Assembly: GCA_963693365.1 (NCBI GenBank)
Contig: CAVNZM010000001.1
Span: 1,371,327 to 1,435,326, forward strand
Source of the DNA: Amoebidium appalachense
Taxonomy: Eukaryota; Protista; Ichthyosporea
Direction: 5' to 3'
DNA length: 64,000 bases
The position numbers were made by a program, and so were the translations under genes. The notes under the pieces were generated by a model. It searched no databases. It saw only the letters and a list, made by a program, of their open reading frames with translations, and had not been told where the DNA came from. Positions within the stretch are counted from its first letter, which is position 1. Every line of letters starts with the position of its first letter. Shown one piece after another: positions 1 through 12,216 of this stretch.

Positions 1-730
1 TAGACAGAAATCTTATTTCGGCAGTAAAATAACGTTAATATTGGAAATTCCGCAGTTCTATGAAAACTACTCCGGGACGTGTGTTGCCTCTAGGGGGACA
101 TCCCCTTGGACGAAAGTGAACCTGCAATGGTTGTAAACCACGGCAAGCCCCCAGTCATCAATTTATTGATCCGTGAGGTCCTTGTGCCCAAAAAACGGGG
201 GAAGTCTTCGCCCCGTGAAAAAACAGCACGTATGTGGGGATCAATGGGGGTTGAGTGTAGGGTGTAGGTGGGTGGGTGAAAAAGAAAATATAGCTGTAAA
301 GCTGTAGGTGCTAAACACAGAGGATGTGTTGTTGCTTGCTGATCTGCTAAAAACTGTCGTGCTTATATACCTAAGGCTGCCGAACTGAGCCAATCAAAAC
401 CGATCTAGTGTTATGTGAAATCTTATCCTGAGCCAATCAAACTCGGTCTAGTGATCTGTGGAATCTGATGCTTTGATCGGCTAATAGGTGCCCGTATGCG
501 GGCAGCCGAACGCGAACTGCTAAAACATGAAACGAAGCCTGTTGATATCGGACACCCATCCTACGTGTTTACCCAGAAAAATATTTATGTCAATAATTTC
601 CACAAATAAAACCTCTATGAAAACTACTCCGGGACGTGTGTTGCCTCTAGGGGGACATCCCCTTGGACGAAAGTGAACCTGCAATGGTTGTAAACCACGG
701 CACGAGAGCAGTATGCTTGCTCCAAAGGTT

Positions 731-2002
731 TCACTTAAGAATAGAGGCGAATACACGTGTGGTAGTGGCAGCAATGGAGGCCGGACGAAGTCGGGTATAG
801 ATCAGGAAACAGTCGGAGGACCACCTGCCGAGTTGTTTGATCCGGGAGTCGTCGACCCCGGCCTCAGCCAGTGCTGTGGGCCCCCCGATGCGGAGGCTGT
901 GTCCGGCAAACCGGGAGGGTGAGAGGCCTGCCCGGGAGAGGAGGGCACGGAAGTCGGCAGAGAAAGCACTCTTGGTGTAGGGGATGCCACCGAGACTGAA
1001 GAGGGGGTCGTTGGGTTGACCGGACGTTGTATCCAGGAACTGCCGGAGGAGATGGGCTGGGGAGAAGTGGGTGAGGGGCAGGGCAGCTAGAGTGACGTTG
1101 ACACCTCGGGCCTGTACATCCGTCTTAGAGGTTGGCAGGTGGAGGGTGGCATGGGACAAAGTACCGGTGGGGGTGTAGGTGAAGGTCACGTCTTTCCGTT
1201 TAACGTGACGGGACGGGTCAAAGGAAGTCAGGGTTTTGGAGGTAAATTCCCCCGAACGGAGGAGACCACAGAAACCGACGATGAGGGCCGTCCATAGCCG
1301 TAGATTAGCCGAGGAGGCCTTGGTGGGGCACTGGCCATGGAGTAGGCTAAGGTGGGAGGGCAGGAGGGGCTCCCTGGTGGATGATCGGGGTCGGATGTTG
1401 TGAGAAAGCTGCCATCTGCCCACCCCTCGGAAGAACCAGGCCAGAGACTTGTCGTGGGGGTAGGGAGCAGGGAGGCCCATGTCGAGGTGGAGTCTGGTGA
1501 TGGCTGAATTGTAGCCGGCCAAGGAAGAGGCCTGTACCACTCGTTGGGCACACCAGGCGAGAAAAAGCTGCACGGTGTGGGGGGAGGCCGGGAGGGAGGA
1601 CCCGGCGGAGGATTGCAGCCGAGATGCCACACAAAAATCGATGAACACTTTTTTTTTTTGTACCCTGGAGTAAAAGGCCCGAGAGTCGAGGTTGAGACTC
1701 AGGGCCTGGCATTCCTGCAGGGTAGTGGTGGCACGAAGCAGCTCGGCCGGAGCAAAGTGGGGGGCCAATCGGCCAGCGTTGCTCCGGAAGGGGAGATCTG
1801 GGGGGGGGGGGGGGGGGGGGGGGGGGGGTGAGCCCAGGGGAAGGGATAGGAACTTGTGGACCCAGAAGGGGAAGGGGCAGGGCTCCGGTTGCAGGTAAGG
1901 TCGGAGTCGTCGGGTCCGGGGAAGTTGGTTACGGAGGAGCTGCGCGGCGAATGATTGGGCTGGGTAGGGGGGCCAGCAGCTCCCAGAGGCGGGAGGTGTC
2001 AA
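731..2002 (-). CDS. Tyrosine recombinase of YR retrotransposon (YR domain 731-1797, fused in frame to an RNase H C-terminal remnant)
   Basis: Catalytic motifs LLRSGE, SKTD, HSLRIGG, GRWSS..Y. Confidence 0.88.
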   Translation of the reverse strand: MTPPASGSCWPPYPAQSFAAQLLRNQLPRTRRLRPYLQPEPCPFPFWVHKFLSLPLGSPPPPPPPPPPDLPFRSNAGRLAPHFAPAELLRATTTLQECQALSLNLDSRAFYSRVQKKKVFIDFCVASRLQSSAGSSLPASPHTVQLFLAWCAQRVVQASSLAGYNSAITRLHLDMGLPAPYPHDKSLAWFFRGVGRWQLSHNIRPRSSTREPLLPSHLSLLHGQCPTKASSANLRLWTALIVGFCGLLRSGEFTSKTLTSFDPSRHVKRKDVTFTYTPTGTLSHATLHLPTSKTDVQARGVNVTLAALPLTHFSPAHLLRQFLDTTSGQPNDPLFSLGGIPYTKSAFSADFRALLSRAGLSPSRFAGHSLRIGGPTALAEAGVDDSRIKQLGRWSSDCFLIYTRLRPASIAATTTRVFASILK

Positions 2003-2097
2003 CGTGGTGCTGGGGCAGCGGGCGGGCCACCGGGGCTGAGCCTCGGGGGAAGGGGGTGGTTAGCAAGGGTGGGGCACCCTCGGGGAGATCCCGGCAT

Positions 2098-2134
<37 letters not shown>

Positions 2135-2512
2135 CAGGGCCCCGGGGGGTTAGAGTAGGGCAGCTGGGCCCGAGGGAGGGTTTGCAGGGAGGGCAGCGGG
2201 GCCCTGTGCAGGGGATGCCCGAGCACGCGCGGGTGTGGGCGTACACAGAGTTAGAAGAAGGGAGGGAGCGCTAGGTGAGTGTAAGGGGGGGAGGCTCGTG
2301 GGATGGGGGGGGAGTAAATTTATGTGCAGTGGCCAGAATAACGTCTTTGTGTAGGGACATTTATTCTTGGCGCGCGCGGGCGCCGTAGTTGGCCTGCGAA
2401 AAATGTTACTCAGCCCTAGTGCCCCGTTTTTCCCGAGCTCCGTGTCCTTGGACCCGTGTAACCTAGCTCCTAGCCCCTATGTTCTATCTGTGGGTGTGGG
2501 TGTGCGCGTAGA

Positions 2513-3072
2513 CTAGGCATTGTGCTTGCAGTCTTTGCGGGGGTGTGTGCCAGAGCAGAGCGGGCACACGTGGGAGAAGGGGCAGGGCTGCTTAGCGCAG
2601 GACCGACCGTTGTGGAAATTCCTGCAGTGTGTTGCGGGTAGATCCACGGGTCGGGCCGGTGGTGCCGGGCCGGGTTGCGGGCCGGGTCGGTTGGGGGTTT
2701 GTCCCCCGCCGGGCTTGTGGGGGGGCTCGAAACCATCAAGACCACAGCCGGGCTTGGGGTACATGGGGCAGGCCGCGCTGGGGTGGTCGGGGAAGCCGCA
2801 ACGCTGACATGCGTCCGGGATGAGCAGAGTGGGTGGCAGGAGGAGATCCTGGTGGAGTTGGGCGAGCAGGTTGGGACACTCGATCGGAGCCCGACCCTGT
2901 TGGTGGGCAACGGTTCGGGCGTATACGTCATAGTTGTGGATCTGGGTCCACGGGTATCGGGTGCTGAGGCGAGTGATGCGTTGGTCAGCCTGTGGCGGAG
3001 GTCGCTGCGGGTTAGGCGCTTAGGTGCCGCGGTAGGGGCGGCGGCTGAGGCCTGGCGCTTTTTCGGCGGCAT
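2513..3072 (-). pseudogene. Deleted gag-like ORF1 of YR element
   Basis: MPPKKRQAS N-terminus joined by deletion to the C-terminal Cys/His fingers (CRNF..C..PCPFSHVCPLCSGTH). Confidence 0.8.
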
Positions 3073-6000
3073 GCTGACCGGCGTAGGGAAAGATAGGGAG
3101 AAGAAAAGAAAAAGAAAATATAGCTGTAAAGCTGTAGGTGCTAAACACAGAGGATGTGTTGTTGCTTGCTGATCTGCTAAAAACTGTCGTGCTTATATAC
3201 CTAAGGCTGCCGAACTGAGCCAATCAAAACCGATCTAGTGTTATGTGAAATCTTATCCTGAGCCAATCAAACTCGGTCTAGTGATCTGTGGAATCTGATG
3301 CTTTGATCGGCTAATAGGTGCCCGTATGCGGGCAGCCGAACGCGAACTGCTAAAACATGAAACGAAGCCTGTTGATATCGGACACCCATCCTACGTGTTT
3401 ACCCAGAAAAATATTTATGTCAATAATTTCCACAAATAAAACCAAAACTAATTTCGATAATTATCCATTAGTAGAATCCTCTAAGACGACATTCAAACTA
3501 GCTGTTAGACGTGTGAACTGACAATATAGCATACTTTTAGGTGTGAGCTTAAGGGGGTTTGAATGAATAGTCTTATACTTAAGAAAATAGAATTAAGAAA
3601 AATTTTCAACTTAAGGAAGGTTAAACTTGGCTATATATATATAGATATTTTTAGAGCTCACAAGATTATACAACTATTTAATTTATAGTAGTAAAATTTT
3701 GTTTAGATTTAGCAATCGATAGGAAACTAATTTATACTTAATACTATCACATATTACCAATAATCGTCAATGATACTTGTAGCTTCTTAACATTCATGAT
3801 CACCAAAAATCATCACTGACCCTCATAAGCCCCAATTACTATTTACTCATGTATGAACAACAATTATTAATGACCCATGTCATGCATGAGTTCCCTTTAT
3901 TAATAACCCATACAAGACCACCAATCCTTAATGATCTATATATGTGATTAATAGATTATCAAGCAGTTCACTAAACTCTAATGTCACAAGAGCTCAACGA
4001 GTAGTTGCTGAAATTCAATAATTATTTAGACAAGTTATCAACGTTCATTTAGTAATTCACATTACGAACGCCTGTTTAGCTATAAAATACCCCCTCTAAA
4101 TACACAAAGTCTTTTATATGTGCACAAGACCTCCCCCTAAATGCGCAGAATCTCTCTTAAATACACAGAATCTATTCTAAGTACGCAAAATCTCTTCCAA
4201 ATGAATCGGATTCTGCATGCTAAAACTGAAGCCTTTCTAGTACAACTTCTTCAGTACAAGTCTCTTAAAGTTCTTAATATCTTTGTAGCTCAATCCATAA
4301 TTGGTTGGATTTAAATATATTTATCCTTATCTCTCAAAATACTTCCCGGTCATGTGAATAAACTCGTTAGTACTAAATACTTTTTAGCTCTCTCGGGTAA
4401 GGATTTTTGCTTCTTTATTAGTAAGTTCTTTAATTAGAACACGCTCATTAAATATACATCTTGTTATCAACATTTAACCGATCATCCTTTATTAACAATA
4501 ACACAACATCATTATACAAGATAAAACAGCGGAAGAGTCCTAAGTGTGCGATTTTTTTAGTCCCCCCACTCACGCATAGACGAGATACATTTGTAATGTG
4601 TATTACTAGATGTACGAAGATAGATTTTCTAAATAATAATTAAGCCTGAACCCCTCGTTGAGTCCTTATAACATCAGAGTTTAATGTACTACTAGGTAAT
4701 CTAATTATTAATAATTAGATCCTTAGTAAAGGGTACTTTTGAGGCTCATGCATAATATAGGTCATTAATATGTGATACTTATACATAAATAATTAGAAAT
4801 TTAAGCTTATGAATTACAAGTGTAAATATTGCTTTTTGGCCTCCCTGAATATTAAGAAGTTACGAATGTTATTTAAGATTCTGGATCTTCTATGCTAGTA
4901 TTATGTGTAAATTGATTTCTTGTGGGTTTTCTAATGTTATTTTACGGATAAAAGGAATACCTGTCGAGTCTATGGGAGAGTTTAAGGAGATTCTCATATC
5001 TAGTACAGTTTATTTGGGATTTTTTGTGTTAGTCGCATTCTGCAATTCTATATAATACTACTTTCTCAAGCAGTACATATTTACCCGAAGTTATAGTATT
5101 ATTTATGCTCATATAAGAATATTTCATCTACGCCTTAATACATTAATATCTGTATATTGGGGTTTTATTAGATTTATTTGGTAAGGAATCCAAAGTTGCT
5201 TCTTAAAGATAAATATCGAATTTTTATAAAGAACTGTTACTCTTTTACATTTTGGTAACCCGCTGTGTAAATGATAAATTGCACTAGACGCAGCCTATCT
5301 AGACGCGAAATTAAAATACTTATGGCAAAACAATGTTACTGCTCTATGATTTCAATTTAAAAGTGTCAGACTTACAATACACGGACGTTTAAATAGCTAA
5401 ATCAACCGAACCTCCAGTATGAACTTATAACCTTAATAAGAATAATAATAGCATACGATATTTATATGCCATTGTAACTCGGTTATCCTCACCAACCAAT
5501 TCACCCATTTTCAAATCTTTTCAAATTTCTCTTCCTAGCTAAAAGCTATTTTTAATATTATCCATATATTCTTATTTTTTCTTTATATCCTCTTTTTCTA
5601 TGGTTTATAATCTATTTACTATCATGACATTTATATTATCTTATATAAACTATTTATCCTTATTTTTCTCATTATATCATTTATCAATCCTCCTTATTCA
5701 TTAATCTTCATCTATCTACTAATTTTACTCTTACATCAATCACTATGTCTTTAGCTCTACAAACCCCATCGACCTCTTAACATTCTATTTTTTCTCTAAC
5801 CAATTTTTAATCTCTAACCTATTCTTCTGTCTCTTACTAAGAAATCCTTCCGTCTCTCTAACCAAATTTTCTACTTATTACTAAAAATAATCCCGCCTCT
5901 CAAATCAATAAATTGTCTCCTTCCATTTGCCTCTTGCTCTATTCATCTCATTCTAATACCGAAGAGGTGCTTAGATTCTTCTTCCTTTGATCTTTTACTT

Positions 6001-6829
6001 ATAGATACATTCATCCTGTTATATTAAATCCCAGAAAAGGTGCTCAAATACTTCTTATATTTGTCTTCTTCCTATCGATTCCTTCATTATTTTTAAACGA
6101 TCCAAGGAGAGTTGCTCAGATGCTTTCTTCATTTAATCCATTTATTCCTGCCTAATCGATCCAAGGAAAGGTGCTCAGATGCATCTTCTATTCCTCTTCA
6201 TCTAATCAATCCCAGAAGAAATGTTTAGGAAAGTCCCTTTACAGCAATATAAATGCTCTGTACAAAAGCTGAAAAATATGGGTCCAGGAAGTCAAATGCA
6301 AAGGGAGGGGTACTTTTTCTAAACTGCGCCCCTCTAAAGGAAATAACTTTCCGTAAATAATCCTAGCACTATAGAAAAAAGATTTCTTCCCTTTATAGAA
6401 TTAACCGATCGATTTGATTCGAATCAGTTAAACAAGGCATGTGTACCCCTATATACACAAGTTCAGGTAAAGCACTAATTCCCCCTATAAATTAGCGTCT
6501 TAGTGAGCCGACTGATTTAAGTCTCCGATGCCACAAAGCAAACTTTACCATGTTCCTTTTATAAAGTTATTAAATATTCTTTCTATAAAGTTAAAAGACA
6601 TACTAGTTAGTATCTCTTTAAACGGCTAGAACTATTAACTTTCAGTTATTTCCTATTTATATACACTAGATGGATCAATGTCTCCTCTGTTCAATCAAAG
6701 GAAGTTTTGTACTATTTCCACAGCGGTAGTACTATGGTACTGGTATTCTTTAGAATATCTGTGCCATTTTTACTAAGATCATAAGAATAATACTTAGTAA
6801 GGTGTAGCTCTCAATTCGGAGAGCTAAGA

Positions 6830-7040
6830 ATAGATTAGATAAGAGAGAAAATAAGAGAAGATGAAGAATAAAAAAGAGTAAATAAAGAAAGAATAAGTAA
6901 AGAAAGAATAAGTAAAGAAAGAGTAAATAAAGAAAGAATAAGTAAAGAAAGAGTAAATAAGAAAAGAATAATTAAGGAAAGAATAAATGAGGAAAGAGTA
7001 AGTAAAAAAAGAGTAAATAAGGAAAGAGTAAATAAAGAAT
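6830..7040. repeat. Purine-rich ~16-20 bp minisatellite (AAGAAAGAATAAGTA-like)
   Basis: Direct visual repeat. Confidence 0.75.
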
Positions 7041-9419
7041 CTAATATTATTAAGAGAAAATAATTTGTTCAAACCAAGATATAGAAAGCCAAACCTTGAG
7101 CTTTCATTGCTAAGTACACAGTTAATAAACATTGTATGCCAATTAAGAAGATCCTTCCTAAATTAGCTAAAGTAATTAACCCTACTCGTTCCATTCCCTT
7201 TTTCTTCTTTCTATACATCATTAATTCATATTCCACGATTAACTGCCCATATTCTCCGGTTAATCCTATTGCTCTTTCTAATTTATCGCTTTTTAATCCT
7301 ACGATAATAACTATTCCTATTATCACTATTATACTAAATTTATTACTTCTACTTTGTCCATAAAACATTATTATTAAAACTGCTATACCTACTAATGCTA
7401 TATTTGTTCCATTTTCCCTTACATGAATGATGTCGTATATATTTTCTCTTTCCTATTATTGAATAATTTAATTCTACTTCTATTATTACATTGATTTATT
7501 TAATTTTATTTCATTTCACTCCTATTGTACTATTGTCATAACCATAAACTACTTAATTTACTTTACAAATTTGTTAATTACAATTTAAGATTCTTATTGG
7601 TTCCCTAAATTGGAGCCCCGCGGAAGTTCCGTAGACTTCCGTAGGTACCCAATTCCTCATCGGCTAAAACTCCGATTTTTAAATTTTGGGACTCCATTTT
7701 TACATTTTCCGGACATCTGGATTTAGGATTTCAATTTTCATCTTATATCCTGACGATAGCTTGATAAAGAAGAAGGGGAGAGGGGGCGAGGTGAAGAATT
7801 ATCTCTAGGGGGCCCCATTAAGCAATAATAGTCCAATTTGTTAACTCAAGAACTTTAATATATAATCTTAGAGATTTTTATTCGCTTTCTCTATGCATCT
7901 AAGAGCATTAATCATTAAAAGATATCTCACTAAAAGATATTTTATTCAAAGACATCTGACTAATAGACACGATGTCTCGTATCGTAGATTATAAATAATG
8001 TCTCTCAGCTGGGGGAGGTGAGATTGATTACCCGTGTAACTCTTATTGATGACACTAAATTAAAGTATGTAAATACAATAATGATTGACTTAATCCGTAA
8101 CATTTATCTCATCTTCAAGAAATGACGTATTTGAATTATAGGCAGCAAGACAAACATCTACTGAAGGTGCTATAGCTTCTTTATTATTAATGCTTGAGTT
8201 AATAAGTTATTCAGCTAGAGCTGTTGAAGCTCCTTGTGAAATAGCTCTCCATCAAAGTATAAAGAATAAAGCTAAAGCAACACCAATGTGCGGATTAGCA
8301 ATTTAAATATAAGGAACCAGTCTCATTAAGTTCAGAACTACTATATATGAAATTAATAGGAAGATAGATGGAAAAGAAGTTAGTACTTTTTCTCCAAGGT
8401 TATCCCCTCATTAATACATAACAGTCTCGTATAAGATTTTTACTATAGATTATAACCTAGTTGGTACGATGTACCTTCTATCAATGCTTAATTTATATGT
8501 TGTTATTCTTATCCTAAATTCCCTAAGGAATAACAGAAACTCCGCGTGTAATCTCTGAGGATTCTACTAATAGATCTTTATCTACTTTAGTTTCCTGTTG
8601 ATTGACCTGCTCTTTGTGTCCAGAGCTATTATATATATATTTAAGATACTCACTCTTAGAGAGTTCTTAAATTTTTAGACTATCTCAGCATATAGCGAAA
8701 TTTATACTGAACTAGTTGTGCTAGTACTACTTACCGCACCTTGTTTTACTAATGCCGATGACACGAATAAAAGAAAAGATGGAGTTAAGAATAGCAGCAT
8801 TTAAAAGAGATAATTTATTAATATCTCAATAGGGTATAGTAACTCGAAACACTAAATCCTAATTAGATAGATGGGAAAAAGCTGCTATGGTAATAAGCTC
8901 ATAAATTTGAGAAGGATAACAGAGCTTCTGATGTGCTAAAGATACTCATTACTTCTTCTTCTCAGAAAAATGTCCTAATCCTACAATCAAGATGATAATC
9001 AATGAACTCCTCGAATGAGAAGATCAATTCTAACAGGTAATGATCATTATATCTCCATTTTTATAATTATGAAATCAACATACAGTACTCAATGTGAATA
9101 CTAATGCAGTTAAACCGACATAAATTGGCTATAGACTTGATGAAACTAATTGATATGAGCTGCTTATGAAAGCATATAACCATAATAAGTGATACTTGTA
9201 AAAATTACATTATATATATGGTGATCTCAGAGTACCGTACCTGGTACTCCTAAATCGGTATGAATAACTAGTATAGTAACTAGTACTCCTAAATCAACAT
9301 AAATTAATTCTCCAAATGCACCTGCTTTAATTGACATTATTATTATATTTATTCTTTCCTACTAATAGAGTAATTATAGCACTCTAAGAATTAGAGAGCC
9401 AGCTAGAGTATCTTAAGAG

Positions 9420-9905
9420 ATTCCTTCCTAAGAAAAAGTCTTATGCTCTTATCATCATACGACGACAAGCTCGTTGTGAGAGTCTCTGCAGAGCCTTATC
9501 GTTAAGAAACATTCTTATGCTTTTGGGATCTGAAAATTACAAACTCGTTGTGAGAGTCTCTAAAGAGCCTTCTCGCTAAGAGAATAGTCTTATGCTCTTA
9601 TCCTCCTACGACGACAAGCTCGTTGTGAGAGTCTCTAAAGAGCCTTCTCGCTAAGAGAAGAGTCTTATGCTCTTGTCATCATATGACGACAAGCTCGCAA
9701 CTCGCAATTCACCCGATCAGACTTTCGACTCGCCTCTGGTAATTCACCCAATCATACTCTTGACTCGCCTCTGGTAATTCATCCGATCAGACTCGCCTCT
9801 GGTCGAATCTTAGTAGAGCCGCCCCTCGTTGTGAGAGTCTCTGAAGAGTTTTCTCGCTAAGAGAAAAGTCTTATGCTCTTGTCCTCATACGACGACAAGC
9901 TCGTA
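9420..9905. repeat. ~75-bp tandem repeat with an inserted ~35-bp sub-repeat
   Basis: TCGTTGTGAGAGTCTCT recurs at 9471, 9545, 9620, 9826; AATTCACCCGATCAGACT..CGCCTCTGGT recurs at 9705-9800. Confidence 0.8.
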
Positions 9906-9925
9906 TTAGTACTCGCAATTCCCCC

Positions 9926-10084
9926 CCAATCACTACCTCTCAGATAAACAGAGGAGAGCAAACAGAAATAAAACACAATAAGTTCTTATCAGGCAAGAGA
10001 GCCAGGTGTGCACAGATCTACAGATATCTGTGCTCACAGAAACAAGGGAGAGAGAGATACGGGGGGGGGGGGGGGGGGGGGGGG

Positions 10085-10122
<38 letters not shown>

Positions 10123-10363
10123 AAAAGAGAAAGAGCACAAAGAAGGAAAGCAGACCCGAATACAAACAAGCTAAGACACATACATAATACGTGTGCGCGA
10201 GCTAAATATCTCGATGTGTACACAGATCTAAGAAATCGGTGTACACGGAAACAGAAAGGAAAAAAAGAAAGGAAAAGGGAAAAAGGAAACATACTACAAC
10301 AAACTAATAAACATATATGAAACTCAACTTCTAAGTCTTGCCGTGAATCATGGGAAGATGACA
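9926..10363 (-). mobile_element. Partial, mosaic LTR (5' end TGTCATCTTCCC)
   Basis: First ~180 bp match the LTR at 42030; the remainder matches the LTRs at 54082 and 22288. Confidence 0.8.
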
Positions 10364-11121
10364 ATACTCGACTTCGCCCGGCCTCCATTGCTGCCACTAC
10401 CACACCTGTATTCGCCTCTATTCTTATGTGAAACCTTTGGAGCAAGCATACTGCTCTCGTGCCGTGGTTTACAACCATTGCAGGTTCACTTCGGTTCAAG
10501 GGGATGTCCCCCTAGAGGCAACACACGTCCCGGAGTAGTTTTTCATAGAGGTTTTATTTGTGGAATTTATTGACATAAATATCTTTCTGGGTAAACACGT
10601 AGGATGGGTGTCCGATACTCAACATAACCATGTAGGCTTCGTTTCGTGTTTTAGCAGTTCGCGTTGGGCTGCCCGCATACGGGCACCTATTAGCCGATCA
10701 ATAACGTCAGATTCCACAGATCACTAGACCGAGTTTGATTGGCTCAGGATCAGATTTCACATAACACTAGATCGATTTTGATTGGCTCAGATCGGTAACC
10801 TTAGGTATATAAGCACGACAGTTTTTCAGCAGATCAGCAAGCAACAGACACATCTTCTGTGTTTAGCACCTACAGCTTTACAGCTATATTTTCTTTTCAC
10901 CCACCCACCTACACCCAACACTCAACCCCCATTGATCCATACATACGTGCTGTTTTTTCACGGGGCGAAGACTTCCCCCCGTTTTTTGGGCACAAGGACC
11001 TCACGGATCAATAAATTGATGACTGGGGGCTTGCCGTGGTTTACAACCATTGCAGGTTCACTTTCGTCCAAGGGGATGTCCCCCTAGAGGCAACACACGT
11101 CCCGGAGTAGTTTTTTATAGA
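10364..11121 (+). mobile_element. 3' fragment of YR retrotransposon (YR C-terminus, B1-A2-spacer-B2)
   Basis: Collinear with 34028-34751; cut off on the left by the LTR end. Confidence 0.9.
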
Positions 11122-11261
11122 ATCAATTGGAATGATGTGCTGCAGTAGTCTCATAGTCTCAAATGTAGTCGATTTAGGACTTTGGGCGTGACAGAAGGGA
11201 ATGAAGTGACAGGTAAAGAAAGGTTTGGGCAGGGAGTAAGAAAGAGTGCCTCGTTCAAGAT

Positions 11262-11281
11262 CACACACACACACAAACACA

Positions 11282-11318
<37 letters not shown>

Positions 11319-11330
11319 ACACACACACAT

Positions 11331-11366
<36 letters not shown>

Positions 11367-11450
11367 ACGCACACACATACTCACACACACAAACACACAC
11401 ACACACCACACCCACACGATGTCGTAGTCACACACACACGACCACCGTTT

Positions 11451-11507
<57 letters not shown>

Positions 11508-11512
11508 ACACA

Positions 11513-11575
<63 letters not shown>

Positions 11576-11586
11576 ACACACACACA
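11262..11586. repeat. (CA)n microsatellite
   Basis: Direct. Confidence 0.95.
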
Positions 11587-12216
11587 AATTGTTTTATTTA
11601 AGGTTTATGAGTCTCGCAAAGTAAGGGAGTTCCTCTCTTGAACAGGCTTTCGGTCCGGGACCCACGTTTCTACCTTCTTGGTGAGACACAACGGGAGTCA
11701 GGTGCACTCTTGCCTCTGGCGTTTGATTTATTGAATGATTTCATAGGCATTGTGTTTGCTAGATTGGGTGGGTGAAAAGGGATACGCAATGCTGTGCAGG
11801 CCAAGTCACACATTCATCATCATGTATCGGCACCTGATCATCTAATTCAGAGTGAACCTGTTCTACTCTTTAAGAAAGGATGCTCGACGTGTACAGTTGG
11901 GACGGACAACCGGTGTCAGATCCCCCCCCCCCCCCCCCCCCTCTCCCCCTAGCCACCATCACCTTAATTAAAAATGAATGAAATCATTGAGAACTGCAGG
12001 TATTGTTTATAATTCGAATTAGTGATAAAAAAGACAATAGACATGAAAACTTTTCGCACACAATCAACCACAGTAAGACTGATACAGAGGTCATTTACAT
12101 ACATTCCAAATCCTTTCAAACACAGATCGACCCAAAGTCGATGGGCAAGTTGCTGCTCTGTTCTAGTGTGCTTCATCTCAGGCGTTGTTGACAATATTTC
12201 GAAGCATTTAGGGTGG

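Larger units (their letters stand above)
57..3443 (-). mobile_element. YR (DIRS-order, Ngaro/PAT-type) retrotransposon copy 1, internally deleted (no RT/RNase H, most of gag lost)
   Basis: Split direct repeats A1 (~3110-3443), B1/A2 (~280-700), B2 (57-145). Near-identical to copies at 23632 and 29343 apart from deletions at ~1933 and ~2978. No TSD. Confidence 0.93.
3444..9925. other. AT-rich, TpA-rich degenerate tract, probably old decayed repeats
   Basis: Abrupt composition change, no credible ORF, embedded decayed tandem repeats at ~4090-4200, ~5960-6230, ~6830-7040, ~9420-9905. Confidence 0.55.

Noticed and set aside
88-122. GGACGAAA in the YR element B repeat as a ribozyme core
   Set aside because: No upstream CTGANGA, and it lies antisense to the element.
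731-1797. Phage integrase or Crypton DNA transposon
   Set aside because: The YR is part of an RT-bearing split-direct-repeat retroelement, as intact copies 2 and 3 show.
9420-9905. Regularly spaced repeats resembling a CRISPR array
   Set aside because: The intervening sequences are themselves repeated, there are no cas genes, and the context is eukaryotic.
11041-11587. VCVC/HTHT, RERE/LSLS and poly-Gly ORFs (also 17185-18627, 40994-41283, 54034-54477)
   Set aside because: Translations of microsatellites and homopolymers.
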